Of a stretch of 64,000 bases of DNA, positions 26,258 through 37,015 are shown in pieces (within the stretch, counting starts at the first letter, position 1; each line of letters opens with the position of its first letter). Source of the DNA: Acidobacteriota bacterium (GTDB lineage: Bacteria; Acidobacteriota; UBA6911; RPQK01; JADFOI01); assembly GCA_963663035.1 (NCBI GenBank), contig OY760074.1:3296001-3360000 (forward strand), read 5' to 3'. The translations under genes and the position numbers were made by a program. The notes beneath the pieces are model-generated. The model ran no database searches. It was not told the DNA's origin and saw only the letters and a program-made list of their open reading frames with translations.

Positions 26258-29200
26258 TCAGTCGGGATCTCTTCTGTTGGCCAGGGAACGGTAGTACTCT
26301 TCCACTCGCTGGCGAAACTCGGGCGGCACTTCATCTCTATCCACCAGCCTCAGCAGGTTCTCAACTTCCTCATCCAAGGTTCTGTTGATCTCCAGTTCCA
26401 GCTGGCGAAAGCCGTCGATAACCTGAGATTTCAGGTGGGCCAGTTCTTCCGCGTCAGTGAAGAGGCGCTCGGCATCCAGCTGACGCATTCTCCGGATCAT
26501 ACTTGCGACGTCCCTTCCCAACTCGGGACGCCCCTCCATCAGGCCGCGTAAGTCCTCGGCATCCTGCAGGCGCTCGCGCCACTCCCGTCCCACTTGGCGG
26601 GGATCGACTCCGGTAGCGTTGGGATTCCTTCCCGCTTGACGAGAGACACCGCTGGGAGATTGCCCGCCCTGGGCCGACTCCGAGCCCTGCTGTCCCTGCT
26701 GTTCTCCCGGTTGCTGTCCTTCCTGCTGGCCTTGCTGTTGCTCCTGATCCTGGCTTTCCTGACCGTTACCCGAGGCGCGGTCTTCCAGGGACTCGAGATT
26801 TTCCACCAGGGATCCAACCTGATTCAGAGCGCGCTGCAATCGTTCCCGTGGAGTTTCTTCAGTGCCCGAGCCCAAAGCTCTCTCGGCCTCTCGAATCATG
26901 TTGGCCAATTGCTCCAGATCCCCCATGATTCCCCGCTCACGCTCCTGGGCCATGTCTGTCCAGCCGCGCGCCAGAAGGTTGGTACCGTCTTCCATCTTTT
27001 CCGGGATCCGTTGATCTCGAATGTCGAGTGCCGCTTGCTTGAGTTTGCGCGAGGCTTCAGTTTGGTTGGACTCCATTTTCCGAGCACCTTCATGGAGGTT
27101 TCCTTCCAGCTGCTGAAGATCTTCCTGCAACTCGGTCTTGTCGCGCAGCACACTTCGGAGCTGCTGGATAGAACTCTCGTCGAGCCTTCCCGAGCGGACG
27201 GCCTCGTTGAGATCCTCAACCTGATCCAGCACTTCCCTTTGCCCTTCCACCAGGCGCTCAGACTGCTCCTTGAGTTGCTCTAGATCGTCAGCGAGCTGCT
27301 CGCGGCGCTGTTGTCCCAGACCCTCGCGGGCCTCCTGAAGCCGCTCCAAGGCTTGCTGAGCACGCATCTGGGCCTCCTGGTTGTTCTCACCACTGGACTG
27401 GGCTTGACGCATATCGCGCACAGCCTGCCTCAAACTGCGGCTGATATTCTGTAGCTGGGGATCCTGCTGCTGGCGTGACAGGCGCTCCAGTTCGCGGGCT
27501 ACCCGCTCTGCCTCTTCGATCAATTCCTGTTGAGACATATTGGAGCCGGAGGATCCTTGCATGGCCTGCTGACGGTGTCGTTCCACAAGCTGCTCCTGGC
27601 GCCTGGCCAACTCCTTGAGTTTTTCCAGGGCCTCATCCAGGGCCTGCTCGCGATCGGTCTCGCGATTCTGCTGCAGGGTCTCATACTGGTTCTTGGTCCT
27701 GTCCAATTCGAGATCAACCAGGTCCGCCAGATCCTGGGCTGAAGCCCCTCCTCCGCCCTGGTTCTGGGAGAAAGCAACCTGGATTTCCTTAAAAAGAGCC
27801 TCGGCATGCAGCAGCTGCTGTAACGATTTTTGCTCTTCCGGTAGAGCTTCCTTGGTCTGAAGCTCACTCAGATGGTGGTGTGCCGGTTCCATGTGAGTGA
27901 TGGCCTCTTTCAGGTGCTCGGACATCTTCTGAAAGCGGGGATCCGTCACCGCGGCGCTGCGGCGCTCCATCCGCTCTATTACGGTTTCGACCTCGCCCTG
28001 AAGCCGTTGTTGAACCAGAGCCAAAGTCTGGCTGTCCTCGTCAAGTTCACTCTCCTCATAACGTTCGCGGTCTCGTTCCAGCTTAAAAGTGGCGGCGATG
28101 AGTTCCTTTTGCCGTTTCGCGAAGTCAATGTTCTCCTGCTGGCCGCCCCCGCCTCCCGCTCCTCCCGACTGCTGAGATTGGTAATATTCCCGATCGAAAG
28201 GCTCGACTTCGAAAAAGTAGATGTCGGTGGCCGAGGTGGAAACGGAGTCTCGGGCCTCTGCGTAGTAGGAGACGAAATCTCCGGGCTCCAGATTAAACTC
28301 TTCCAGATAAAAAGTGTGGGAGGTCGAGAAGGACCTCGAGCCCTGGGGGTAGTCCAGCTGAGCTTCCTGCTCGGGGTCTCCATTCAAGGAAAAACGCAGC
28401 GCCAGCCCGTCGATCCCGTAGTCATCCTCAGCCTTGATCTGGGCGAAGATCTCCTCGATATTGGTCACTTTCTGATCGCGACCGGGGCGGATAAAGCTCA
28501 ATATGGGAGGTTGATCCTCGAGGGCTTGGATCAGATACTCATCAGAAGCCGGATTCCAAAAATCCTCCTGGTCCTGAAGGTGGAACCGATAGTAGTCGTC
28601 TTCGCTGATCTCGAATACCCCACGCAGCTCCTGAGGTGCCAGAAGCTCCAGGGAGACTTCTCCTCCCTGTTCCAGGTTGATCTTTCCGGCCTGAACGGGC
28701 TGATCGACTCGGATGAAAAGCTCAGCCTGGGTTCCCACCAGTGCCCGGATGTCACCCTCATCCTCCAATGTCAGGTTCTCCAGACCGGTGTAGCCTGGGA
28801 ATTGAAGTACCACTGTCAGGGATTCAACACGGGGAATCTCTGAAACCTCAAGGGTGTACGTTTCTGATTGGATTCCGTCGGCGGTAACGTAATAGTCGAT
28901 GGGATCCCGAATATCAAAAAAGATAAAAACGAAATCCCCACCCTGGAGATCTGGGCGCATGGTGGTCTCTTCCCATTGGGGCTGATTCTCATAGCGGACC
29001 ATCAGCTGCGCTGTCTCTGAATCGAAGCCCTTCAGGGTGGCTCGAATTTTCTGGTCGGAACGTTTTCCCACCGTGACGTTGCCCGGAGTGACCTCAATGG
29101 AATAGATGGGAGCTTGCGAGTCATCATACCAGAGCAATAATTTGTTCAGGCTGTAAGGATAAACCTCGGGACCCATGAGAAAGAGCAAAGTAAAAATCGC

Positions 29201-29662
29201 CAGAGAAGAGAATAGAGCCACCAGGGAGACAAGGCTCTTTTGCCGGTAATAGAGGCCCGGTTGAGAGATTTTAGCCAGCTGCTTTCGCGCGTCGCCTCGA
29301 ATCAGTCTTTGAAGCTCCGGATGGACCTTGGAAGCGGTGTTCTTAAGTTCTACGGCAGTCGACACTCGTTCTTCCAGTTGTGGATACCGTTCCTCCAGGA
29401 AACGAGCGACCTGTCCCGTTGAGGGTGAGTACCAGAGAGGCCGGAAAATGTAGTAGCCGAACAGCAACAGTGAGCCCAGGATCCCAACCAGACGGCTCCA
29501 CCACAGCGCATCGTCAGAGAAGTTATAGCGGGCCATAAGAAAAGTGGAAAGGAAGGAACCCACCAGGAGAAAGGCGATCAGGATGGCGGCTCCCTTGACG
29601 AGACGCTCCAGTTGGAGTTTTCTCCTGGCCCGGCTAATGGTCTGTGTGATGCTGTTTTTCAT
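26258..29662 (-). CDS. Large membrane-anchored coiled-coil protein (DUF4175-like)
   Basis: Three N-terminal TMs, PQLEERVSTAVEL, Ig-like middle (AEDDYGI), long Q/E-rich helical region and C-terminal VPPEFRQRVEEYYRSLA. Confidence 0.75.
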   Translation of the reverse strand: MKNSITQTISRARRKLQLERLVKGAAILIAFLLVGSFLSTFLMARYNFSDDALWWSRLVGILGSLLLFGYYIFRPLWYSPSTGQVARFLEERYPQLEERVSTAVELKNTASKVHPELQRLIRGDARKQLAKISQPGLYYRQKSLVSLVALFSSLAIFTLLFLMGPEVYPYSLNKLLLWYDDSQAPIYSIEVTPGNVTVGKRSDQKIRATLKGFDSETAQLMVRYENQPQWEETTMRPDLQGGDFVFIFFDIRDPIDYYVTADGIQSETYTLEVSEIPRVESLTVVLQFPGYTGLENLTLEDEGDIRALVGTQAELFIRVDQPVQAGKINLEQGGEVSLELLAPQELRGVFEISEDDYYRFHLQDQEDFWNPASDEYLIQALEDQPPILSFIRPGRDQKVTNIEEIFAQIKAEDDYGIDGLALRFSLNGDPEQEAQLDYPQGSRSFSTSHTFYLEEFNLEPGDFVSYYAEARDSVSTSATDIYFFEVEPFDREYYQSQQSGGAGGGGGQQENIDFAKRQKELIAATFKLERDRERYEESELDEDSQTLALVQQRLQGEVETVIERMERRSAAVTDPRFQKMSEHLKEAITHMEPAHHHLSELQTKEALPEEQKSLQQLLHAEALFKEIQVAFSQNQGGGGASAQDLADLVDLELDRTKNQYETLQQNRETDREQALDEALEKLKELARRQEQLVERHRQQAMQGSSGSNMSQQELIEEAERVARELERLSRQQQDPQLQNISRSLRQAVRDMRQAQSSGENNQEAQMRAQQALERLQEAREGLGQQRREQLADDLEQLKEQSERLVEGQREVLDQVEDLNEAVRSGRLDESSIQQLRSVLRDKTELQEDLQQLEGNLHEGARKMESNQTEASRKLKQAALDIRDQRIPEKMEDGTNLLARGWTDMAQERERGIMGDLEQLANMIREAERALGSGTEETPRERLQRALNQVGSLVENLESLEDRASGNGQESQDQEQQQGQQEGQQPGEQQGQQGSESAQGGQSPSGVSRQAGRNPNATGVDPRQVGREWRERLQDAEDLRGLMEGRPELGRDVASMIRRMRQLDAERLFTDAEELAHLKSQVIDGFRQLELEINRTLDEEVENLLRLVDRDEVPPEFRQRVEEYYRSLANRRDPD

Positions 29663-29728
29663 GGTCTCTTTGCCTTTTACCTTGAAATGGATTGAACTCT
29701 TCCCATATTACTATTTTCCCTCTGCTTC

Positions 29729-31795
29729 TCACAATGTGGATTCCTGTTGTAAACCACTTGCTGGACGGGTCCGATTGGCCACCAGCCACTCAGCCATGAA
29801 GACGGCCACGCCCACCAGCAGGAAAAGCCACCACAGCGACTGCTGCCTGTCCTTCTCCAGGACCGATTGCTGCGGGCTGACTTCAGTTTCCACGCGTGCT
29901 TCACGGGGAACGAAAACCGCCTGAAATTCCTCCACTGCCACAGCACTCAGGTCAGACTCCTCGGGTGGAGTATTGACGGCAACCCAGTCGGTCCCTTTGT
30001 TGCTCCGAACTTCGTAGTGCCCGGGCATCTTTAATTGAATAAAGCCGGGCTTTTCATCGCTCAGCCCAAGGACCCGTTGACCTCGTGGATCGAGCAGGGT
30101 CCAGGCTCCTGAGGTTCCCTCAGAAGAGTCATCGAGTGAGTCTTCAACGGATAAAACTTGATTGATCCGAAGTGCTGCCGGGGTTGTCTGCCAACGGCCT
30201 GCATATTGAGCCATGCGGTACCAGAACGGGACATAGGCACTGCGTAGTGGAAAATCTGTCCAGATCGGATCCAGTGAAGAAGCAAAGACCAAGACCCGGC
30301 CTTTTCCGACCGATTGTTCAACCAGAGCCGGATCCCCTTCGCTAAAGCGAGCCAAGACCGTGGCTTCCGGTTTGGGCAGCAGTTGCCAATAGCTGTAGAA
30401 CTGGGTGCTGGCAATGGCTGCTTTGTGCACATCCTGGAAAATCCAGAAGATGGGATGCTCCCAGTTGACCTGGGTGATGGAGGTAAAAGGTTTGGTTTGC
30501 TTGCGAACAAAGTTCCGCTCCAGTAACTCCACAGGAAGCAGTTCGGGCCATTGGCGATTGTAAGTCTCTCCCAGAACGCTGTTGCTGAGAACCACGATCA
30601 GACCTCCCCCGCTTTCAACGTAGGACTGCAGGAGGGAGAGTCTGGGCGGTTGACGCAGGTCATTGAGCACCACCAGAGGAGTGTCTGAGGCATTGATCTC
30701 GCTGGGGCCGGGTGAATCGGATATCTCCACGGCAAAGGGCAGGTTCTCGCCAGCGGAAAGAGCACTCTCAAGATAGAATGCCGAGGAGGTGTCTTTATCC
30801 TGAAGAACCAGGATGCGGCGAGGTTCTTGTTTTTCCACCACAAAGTAATAAGCGTTGTCGGCAGCCAGCTCATCGGTTGGTTCGATGACGATTTTTCCCC
30901 GCGAGACGCCCTCCTCCAACTCGAAGGGTTTAAAGGTCACATTTACTGCACCTTCGCTTTCCATCTTAAAGGCGGTTCGATCGATCAGGTTCCCTTCCAG
31001 AAAAAGCTGTGCTTCGCCCTCTACGGGCTGCGCCGGATTACCACTCACGCGAGCCAGGATCACATGGGGGTACTGGTTCGTAAAAACTTCCCTCTCCACG
31101 CGAGCCTCTTCAACGAAGAGATTGGGAATCTCACGGCCCACATTCTCGATCTCAACAGAAACCTCAACCGGGACTCTCCAGCCAGCTGCAGCTTCCATTC
31201 CGGCATGCTGCAAATCTGTGATCAGGTAAATTTCCTTCTTGGTGTTTCGGGCTCCCTCGAGCTGATCCACAGCAACCCGTAAGGCTTCTACGTAGGAGGT
31301 CGCTTCAAAGGAGGGTTGGGTGCGCCCTAAAATTTCTCGCAGCTGCTGGGGAGATTCCTCCCACTGGGAAAGGACCTCAGCTGCCTCACCAAACTGGACA
31401 ATCAAGGCCTCGTCGGCCTGGCTCAGAGATTGGATCTTTTCCTCGGCCGCCTGCAGCGCCGCATCCCAAATGGGCTGGGGAGTCATGCTGAGAGAGTGAT
31501 CGAGGAGAATCACAACAGAGCGGGCCAGCAGAGGATTAACCTGATTCAGCCACATTCCAGTGACCACCGGGCGCCCAAAGGCAAGAACTAAAAGGAGAAT
31601 GCCGAGGCAGCGCAGGAAAAGCAAAAAAAGGTGAGTCAGACGTCGTCGTCGCATTTCCTTGAAGGGAATCTTGCGTATGAACATGAGGGAGGCAAAAGGA
31701 GTGCGTTTGGTTCTTTCCCGGTGAACCAGATGTAAGTAGATGGGGACCCCAATCGCCAGCCCACCGATCAAAAACAGTGGAGTTAAAAACAGCAT
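29729..31795 (-). CDS. BatA + vWA domain membrane protein
   Basis: MLFLTPLFL..PIYLHL..FASLMF BatA N-terminus, DHSLSM MIDAS, LITDLQ, GATase-like region and C-terminal TM (EWLVA). Confidence 0.85.
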   Translation of the reverse strand: MLFLTPLFLIGGLAIGVPIYLHLVHRERTKRTPFASLMFIRKIPFKEMRRRRLTHLFLLFLRCLGILLLVLAFGRPVVTGMWLNQVNPLLARSVVILLDHSLSMTPQPIWDAALQAAEEKIQSLSQADEALIVQFGEAAEVLSQWEESPQQLREILGRTQPSFEATSYVEALRVAVDQLEGARNTKKEIYLITDLQHAGMEAAAGWRVPVEVSVEIENVGREIPNLFVEEARVEREVFTNQYPHVILARVSGNPAQPVEGEAQLFLEGNLIDRTAFKMESEGAVNVTFKPFELEEGVSRGKIVIEPTDELAADNAYYFVVEKQEPRRILVLQDKDTSSAFYLESALSAGENLPFAVEISDSPGPSEINASDTPLVVLNDLRQPPRLSLLQSYVESGGGLIVVLSNSVLGETYNRQWPELLPVELLERNFVRKQTKPFTSITQVNWEHPIFWIFQDVHKAAIASTQFYSYWQLLPKPEATVLARFSEGDPALVEQSVGKGRVLVFASSLDPIWTDFPLRSAYVPFWYRMAQYAGRWQTTPAALRINQVLSVEDSLDDSSEGTSGAWTLLDPRGQRVLGLSDEKPGFIQLKMPGHYEVRSNKGTDWVAVNTPPEESDLSAVAVEEFQAVFVPREARVETEVSPQQSVLEKDRQQSLWWLFLLVGVAVFMAEWLVANRTRPASGLQQESTL

Positions 31796-31800
31796 AACGC

Positions 31801-32703
31801 TCAGTACCGTTTTTCCCGGACTGACAGATATCGATGTAGTGCCTGGTCCAGGGGTTTCTCCGTGTTCAGAAGCTCGTAATCAATTTGAATGTTGCGACAT
31901 TCCTTTCGCAGCCCCTCGATATGTTCTTTGAGCAGATCGAAGTAAGCGGTGCGAGAATGTTCCGGCACATAGGACAGATGGTCCTGAGTTTCCATGTCCT
32001 CTAAAGTGGAGATATCCTCAAACGGCATTTCCAATTCTACCGGGTCAAGCACGTGAAAGAGAATGAGATCATTGCCGCGATGGTGAAAAAAACGCAGGGT
32101 TTTAGCCATCTTTTCGAGATCCTGATAGAAATCGCTGATGATAACCACCACCGCCCTTCTCCGGATCAGGTGGACAATTTTTTCAATGGCAGCACTGATG
32201 TCCGTTTTGCCGGTCAGCTGGAGATGCTCCAGGTGACTCAAAAGGGTAAAAAAGTGCCCCCGCCTTGTGCGCGGCGGAACTTGGTCGACCACATCCCGGT
32301 CGAATGAAATCAGGCCCGCTGCATCGTTTTGTCGCATCGCAAGGTAGGCCAGCGAGGCAGCCAGGTAGCGGGCATAGTCGAACTTGGACACCTTTTGACT
32401 GCTGAAGCCCATGCTTTTGCTGACATCAAGCAAGATGTACAGCTGAGCGTTGGTGTCCCCCTCGTATTTCTTGACGTAAAGGCGGTCAGTTCTGCCATAA
32501 ACCATCCAGTCCACTCGTCGAGGGTCGTCACCCGGTGCGTATTCTCTATATTCGGCAAAGTCCAGACTAAAGCCATGGTAAGGGGAGCGATGCAAGCCGG
32601 TCAGGAATCCTTCCACTACGGTTTTGGCGACCAGCTGAAGGTCTCTGATGCTGGACAGCACGTGGGGATCGATGAATCTGTTTGAAACTGAAGTCCTGAT
32701 CAT
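31801..32703 (-). CDS. DUF58 domain protein
   Basis: GLHRSPYHGFSLDFAEYREYAPGDDPRRVDW, LDVSKSM and ISDF. Confidence 0.92.
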   Translation of the reverse strand: MIRTSVSNRFIDPHVLSSIRDLQLVAKTVVEGFLTGLHRSPYHGFSLDFAEYREYAPGDDPRRVDWMVYGRTDRLYVKKYEGDTNAQLYILLDVSKSMGFSSQKVSKFDYARYLAASLAYLAMRQNDAAGLISFDRDVVDQVPPRTRRGHFFTLLSHLEHLQLTGKTDISAAIEKIVHLIRRRAVVVIISDFYQDLEKMAKTLRFFHHRGNDLILFHVLDPVELEMPFEDISTLEDMETQDHLSYVPEHSRTAYFDLLKEHIEGLRKECRNIQIDYELLNTEKPLDQALHRYLSVREKRY

Positions 32704-32704
32704 C

Positions 32705-33730
32705 TCACAGTCCTGATTGGGGGGGCGGAACGGCTTTCAGCAGTCGTTCGATGATGTCGTCTGGCTGGATGCTTTCCGATTCGGCATGAAAGTTGGTCAG
32801 GATGCGATGGCGCATCACGGGCTTGGCCAGGGCGCGGATGTCCTCAGTGGAAACGGTGAAGCGTCCCTTCAGGAGGGCTCGCGCTTTCCCTCCCCACACC
32901 ATGTATTGAGAGGCGCGCAGACTGGCCCCGTATCTCACCCACTCGTTGATGAAATCATGCTGTGAATCATCGCCGGGGCGAGTACCGCCCGTGAGTTGGA
33001 CTGCGTATTTCACGATCTCTTCATTGGCTGGAATCTTTTTCACAAGTTCCTGATAGCGCAAAATTTCTTTGCCCGATACCACCTGGGTAATGCCCTCCGG
33101 CGGTTCACCCGTGGTCCTCTTCACCACCTCCACCTCCTCTGCAGCGGGGAGATAATCAATCATGATGTTGAACATGAACCGGTCGAGTTGGGCTTCAGGC
33201 AGTGGATAAGTTCCCTCCAGTTCAATGGGGTTCTGGGTGGCCAGAACGAAGAAGGGAAGGTCCAGATTGTAGGTGATTCCCCGAGTGGTGACTTCTCGTT
33301 CCTGCATCGCTTCCAGCAAAGCTGCCTGAGTCTTGGGAGGCGTACGATTGATTTCATCGGCCAGAACGACGTTGGCAAAAATAGGACCAGGAACAAATTC
33401 CAAACGGCGGTGACCCGTCGCCGGGTCTTCTTCGATAATCTCGGTTCCGGTAATGTCGGTTGGCATGAGATCAGGAGTGAATTGAATACGCTTGAAGGTC
33501 AGCCCCAGTGTTTGCGCTACACTGTGGACCAGGAGCGTCTTGGCCAGTCCTGGGAGTCCCGTAATGAGACAATGTCCACCCACATAAAGTGAGATCAGAA
33601 CCTGTTCGATCACTTCGTCCTGACCAACGATGACTTTTCGCAGTTCCTGAAGGATTTTCTTCTGCGAATCCTGCATTTCCTCGACCAGTTGCTCTAGGCC
33701 AGTTTCCTCGGCTTGAGTTACCTCTTCCAT
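32705..33730 (-). CDS. MoxR-family AAA+ ATPase
   Basis: GLPGLAKT, RIQFTPDLMP, LADEINRTPPKTQAALLEAM and ATQNPIELEGTYPLPEAQLDRF. Confidence 0.95.
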   Translation of the reverse strand: MEEVTQAEETGLEQLVEEMQDSQKKILQELRKVIVGQDEVIEQVLISLYVGGHCLITGLPGLAKTLLVHSVAQTLGLTFKRIQFTPDLMPTDITGTEIIEEDPATGHRRLEFVPGPIFANVVLADEINRTPPKTQAALLEAMQEREVTTRGITYNLDLPFFVLATQNPIELEGTYPLPEAQLDRFMFNIMIDYLPAAEEVEVVKRTTGEPPEGITQVVSGKEILRYQELVKKIPANEEIVKYAVQLTGGTRPGDDSQHDFINEWVRYGASLRASQYMVWGGKARALLKGRFTVSTEDIRALAKPVMRHRILTNFHAESESIQPDDIIERLLKAVPPPQSGL

Positions 33731-33773
33731 TTTTCTCTCTTTCTTGCGATCTACGTAAGCGCGCTTTCTGCGC

Positions 33774-34523
33774 TCAGTGGGTTAGAGCATAGATGATGTA
33801 ATTTACTCCAAGTTTGAAAGCTTCATTGGACAGGCTGACCGGAGTAAGTGACTCGTCTGCCCATTCCCAGTAGTCCCCGATGTCGTTATTATAGTTGGCC
33901 ACAGCCAGAAGCCGCTTCTTGTCATCGAACATGCCGTAAAACATGGGCCTGCCGGGGACATTGTAAGGCGGAATCATGTCCAGTGTCTCGATATCGTAGA
34001 AGCAGTGAAAAACGGGATCATCCAGGGTAAGCTCTTGAAAGCTTCGCTCGGGAAGGACCTTCTTCATGGCCGTGGTCAGGTTTTCCCATTCCTGGGTGCC
34101 CCGAAAATCATCAAAAATCATAAAGCCTCCTCGAGAGAGGTATTCTCGAAGGTTGGCAGCTTCCTCGTCCGTGATGTTCCAATACCCGGGCTCACTGACA
34201 TAGAGACTGGGGTAATTCATGATCTCAGGATCGTCAAGATCCAGGATCAGATAGGAGTCCGGCGTTGTCTGTATGGATGTGACTTCCAGCAGAATCTTCA
34301 AAAAGTTCCTTTCTGCGCGGGGGTAATCATGCATCCAGGGAGGGGGGCCGAAGTTCCCCATTCCCAGAAAATCCACATAACCGTTGTAACGGATACGCAC
34401 GAATTGAAAGAGGTTGACATCGCCGGAGTCTCTGGCAGGATCCACTTCGTCCACACTCAGGACGGGTACCAGTGAACTCGAGAGAATCAGGAGAGCCAGC
34501 GCCAAACCAAATGTTCGTTTCAT
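33774..34523 (-). CDS. DUF4159 domain exported protein
   Basis: Signal peptide, FVRIRY, WMHDYPRAERN, LREYLSRGGFMIFDDF, NNDIGDYWE and GVNYIIYALTH. Confidence 0.85.
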   Translation of the reverse strand: MKRTFGLALALLILSSSLVPVLSVDEVDPARDSGDVNLFQFVRIRYNGYVDFLGMGNFGPPPWMHDYPRAERNFLKILLEVTSIQTTPDSYLILDLDDPEIMNYPSLYVSEPGYWNITDEEAANLREYLSRGGFMIFDDFRGTQEWENLTTAMKKVLPERSFQELTLDDPVFHCFYDIETLDMIPPYNVPGRPMFYGMFDDKKRLLAVANYNNDIGDYWEWADESLTPVSLSNEAFKLGVNYIIYALTH

Positions 34524-37015
34524 CTTCGAACCAGCTGCAAGAGTAGCTTTTGTGCCTCCTGGTAGGCCGGTGCAATCTCCAAGGATAACAGCACGTGCTG
34601 GCGGGCGCCTGTCCTGTCTCCCGATTGAAAGAGGGCCTGGGCCAGCTTATAGTGGGCCGCCGCTGCGTCAACAGTACTGAGACTTAAAAACACTGTAAAT
34701 TCTCGCACCGCCTTTTCCATCTCACTGGACTGTAAATAGAGATCTCCCAGCCTGAGATGCGTTTCGGATTGAAAAGGATCCACATACATGACTTCTTCCA
34801 GGTATTTTGCTGCCTCCTGTGGTCGATTCCTGTCGGAAAGCAGACTCGCCACCTGGTGAGCATTCTCAGTGAACAGAGGTGCAGCCCGCCACCAGCGCTG
34901 GCGTATTTCAAGGGCCTTGTCGGACTGGCCCGTCTCTTCATAGATTTCCGAAAGCAGCTGATAAGGACTTCCTCTTCCTGCCTGAGTGGGGAATATCTCC
35001 AGGGCCTTTTCCAAATAAGGAATCGCCTCCTGGAAGCGACCGGCAGAGTTCAGTCTTGTTCCCAGGCGGTGATTGAGAAAATAATTTTCAGGAAAAGCTT
35101 CCCAGGCGTTCAGCAAGCTGTCCAAATCGTCTTCTAGAACTTCCTCCGAGCCTTCCTTGCCTTCCAGGTCCTCTCCGTTTTCACCGAGAAGCAGGTTCAC
35201 AAAGGAGACCTCTTCGGGAGCCTGAAGCGGTTCCAAGAGCGGTTTCAGAGTTTCATCCATTTCTTGGCGGAACTGCCGATCAATCTCTTCCACCGAGGTG
35301 CTCAGGACTTGTTGGAAAACTTCCTCCGTGGAGTGTTCTTCTCCAAAGGCTACCAGCATGGCTGTGATTGCCTCAAACCCATAGCGTGAAGCCAGAAATT
35401 CGCAGATCCATCCAGCCTGGAAGTAAGCTATGGTCAGGGATTGGCCAGATTTGGGCCGCTCGAATCCGGAATTCAGTTCTGCCAGGGGGAGTAGATCGTC
35501 GTTCTGGTAAGCTCTCACAAAGCCAATGTTGAGATAATCTCCCCATCCTTCACCTGCCTGGCGTTCCTCCATCATGGAGAGTCCCTCCGTGAACCATCTG
35601 GGAACCCTGTCCTGGCTCAGGGAGAGAGTGACCACATGGGCGAGTTCATGCCAGAGCGTTGAGCCCCAATGGAACTCTCCCTTGGGCCGTGCTGAGGGAG
35701 AGTCCATAGCCACGACTCGTCCAAAAGTGGCACCCAGCGCTCCCAGGCCTGGGAGTCCCATGGTTCGAACTGCAAAATCTTCGTGGTCGGGATACATTTC
35801 AAAGACATACTTGTCCCCGACCTGATGATTATATCTCTGCTCCAACGTTCTCAAGCTTCTCTCCGCTAGTTCCTCCACGTAAGGCCTGAGGGCAGCGGCC
35901 TCCTTTTCATGCAACTTGACTTTGAAATGTGGAGTTTCGAAGCGGACAAAGGACTCAAAACTATCCAACAGTCTGAGGGTATTGACCGTCCAGATGTTAA
36001 AGGGATCGTTGGTGTAGGCCTCTTCCAAGACTCGCGTGCCCTCTTCCTCCTGGTCCAGGCGAAGCAGATTGAGACCCAGGGCCGCGCGGGCGGATTCCTG
36101 GCGGGGGTTTCGTTCCAGAGCTTCCCGATAAAACTCGGTCGCCTTCTCAAGGAGCCGGTTAGTGATGGCCAGATCCCCGAGTGTTTCAAAAAGATCGCCA
36201 TCATGGGGATTCATCTCGAGAACGTGTTGTTGGAGCTTTTCAAATTCTCCGCTCTCTCCCCGAAAATAGAGGTAGGCACATTTGAGCTCCAACAGAGGGA
36301 GATAGAGTTCGTTGATCTCGAGTCCCTTTTCGATCCAGTCACGGGCACCCTGCCAGTCCTTTTCTCCGATAGCGAGCGAAGCCTGCAAGGCCAAGGCTTC
36401 TAAATTTTGAGAGTTCAGCTCAAGCGCCTGGGTCAGGGCCTCCTCACTCCCTGGCTTAAATTGGCCTTCGAAGGCCTCTGCCACTCCCACATAGGCGGCA
36501 TCAACTCCCCAGCGAGAGTATCCTGAAGAGGGGTGGCCGGCTTGGATTCCATCTTGAAAGATCGATTCGGCTTCACTCGAATTATACTTGTCCAGGTAGA
36601 GGTTGCCCCAGTCGACAAACAGCGAGACCGAAACGGGTTTGATCGCTGCCGCTTCCATGAAGAGTTGGTTGGCATCTTGCCACAAGGCGAGCTGCGACGC
36701 CGCATAAGCAGCCTGAGCGATCTCCTGGGAAGTGCTCAGCTGACCTGATTGGTAGAGGCCCAGAAGCCTTCGCGCGTAAATGTCCGCTTCATCTCTTCTT
36801 CCTTCGCGGGTCGTCAGTTCCAGCAGAAGCCGCAAAACATAGGGATCCAGATCGGAGGAGTCTTTCAACTGCTCTTCCGCCTGGCTGTAGCGACCCCGCT
36901 GCATCAATTGCTGGACCTCGTTCAGGAGTTCGAGGGGCGCTCGATCCGATGCAGAACTCGCTTGGTAGGCAAGGGCAGTCGAGAGAGTGAAAAAGAGAAA
37001 GACCAGCCGCTTCAC
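34520..37015 (-). CDS. Exported TPR-repeat protein with gluzincin (peptidase MA-like) domain
   Basis: Signal peptide and TPR-like helices flanking HELAH...PRWFTEG. Confidence 0.8.
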   Translation of the reverse strand: MKRLVFLFFTLSTALAYQASSASDRAPLELLNEVQQLMQRGRYSQAEEQLKDSSDLDPYVLRLLLELTTREGRRDEADIYARRLLGLYQSGQLSTSQEIAQAAYAASQLALWQDANQLFMEAAAIKPVSVSLFVDWGNLYLDKYNSSEAESIFQDGIQAGHPSSGYSRWGVDAAYVGVAEAFEGQFKPGSEEALTQALELNSQNLEALALQASLAIGEKDWQGARDWIEKGLEINELYLPLLELKCAYLYFRGESGEFEKLQQHVLEMNPHDGDLFETLGDLAITNRLLEKATEFYREALERNPRQESARAALGLNLLRLDQEEEGTRVLEEAYTNDPFNIWTVNTLRLLDSFESFVRFETPHFKVKLHEKEAAALRPYVEELAERSLRTLEQRYNHQVGDKYVFEMYPDHEDFAVRTMGLPGLGALGATFGRVVAMDSPSARPKGEFHWGSTLWHELAHVVTLSLSQDRVPRWFTEGLSMMEERQAGEGWGDYLNIGFVRAYQNDDLLPLAELNSGFERPKSGQSLTIAYFQAGWICEFLASRYGFEAITAMLVAFGEEHSTEEVFQQVLSTSVEEIDRQFRQEMDETLKPLLEPLQAPEEVSFVNLLLGENGEDLEGKEGSEEVLEDDLDSLLNAWEAFPENYFLNHRLGTRLNSAGRFQEAIPYLEKALEIFPTQAGRGSPYQLLSEIYEETGQSDKALEIRQRWWRAAPLFTENAHQVASLLSDRNRPQEAAKYLEEVMYVDPFQSETHLRLGDLYLQSSEMEKAVREFTVFLSLSTVDAAAAHYKLAQALFQSGDRTGARQHVLLSLEIAPAYQEAQKLLLQLVRR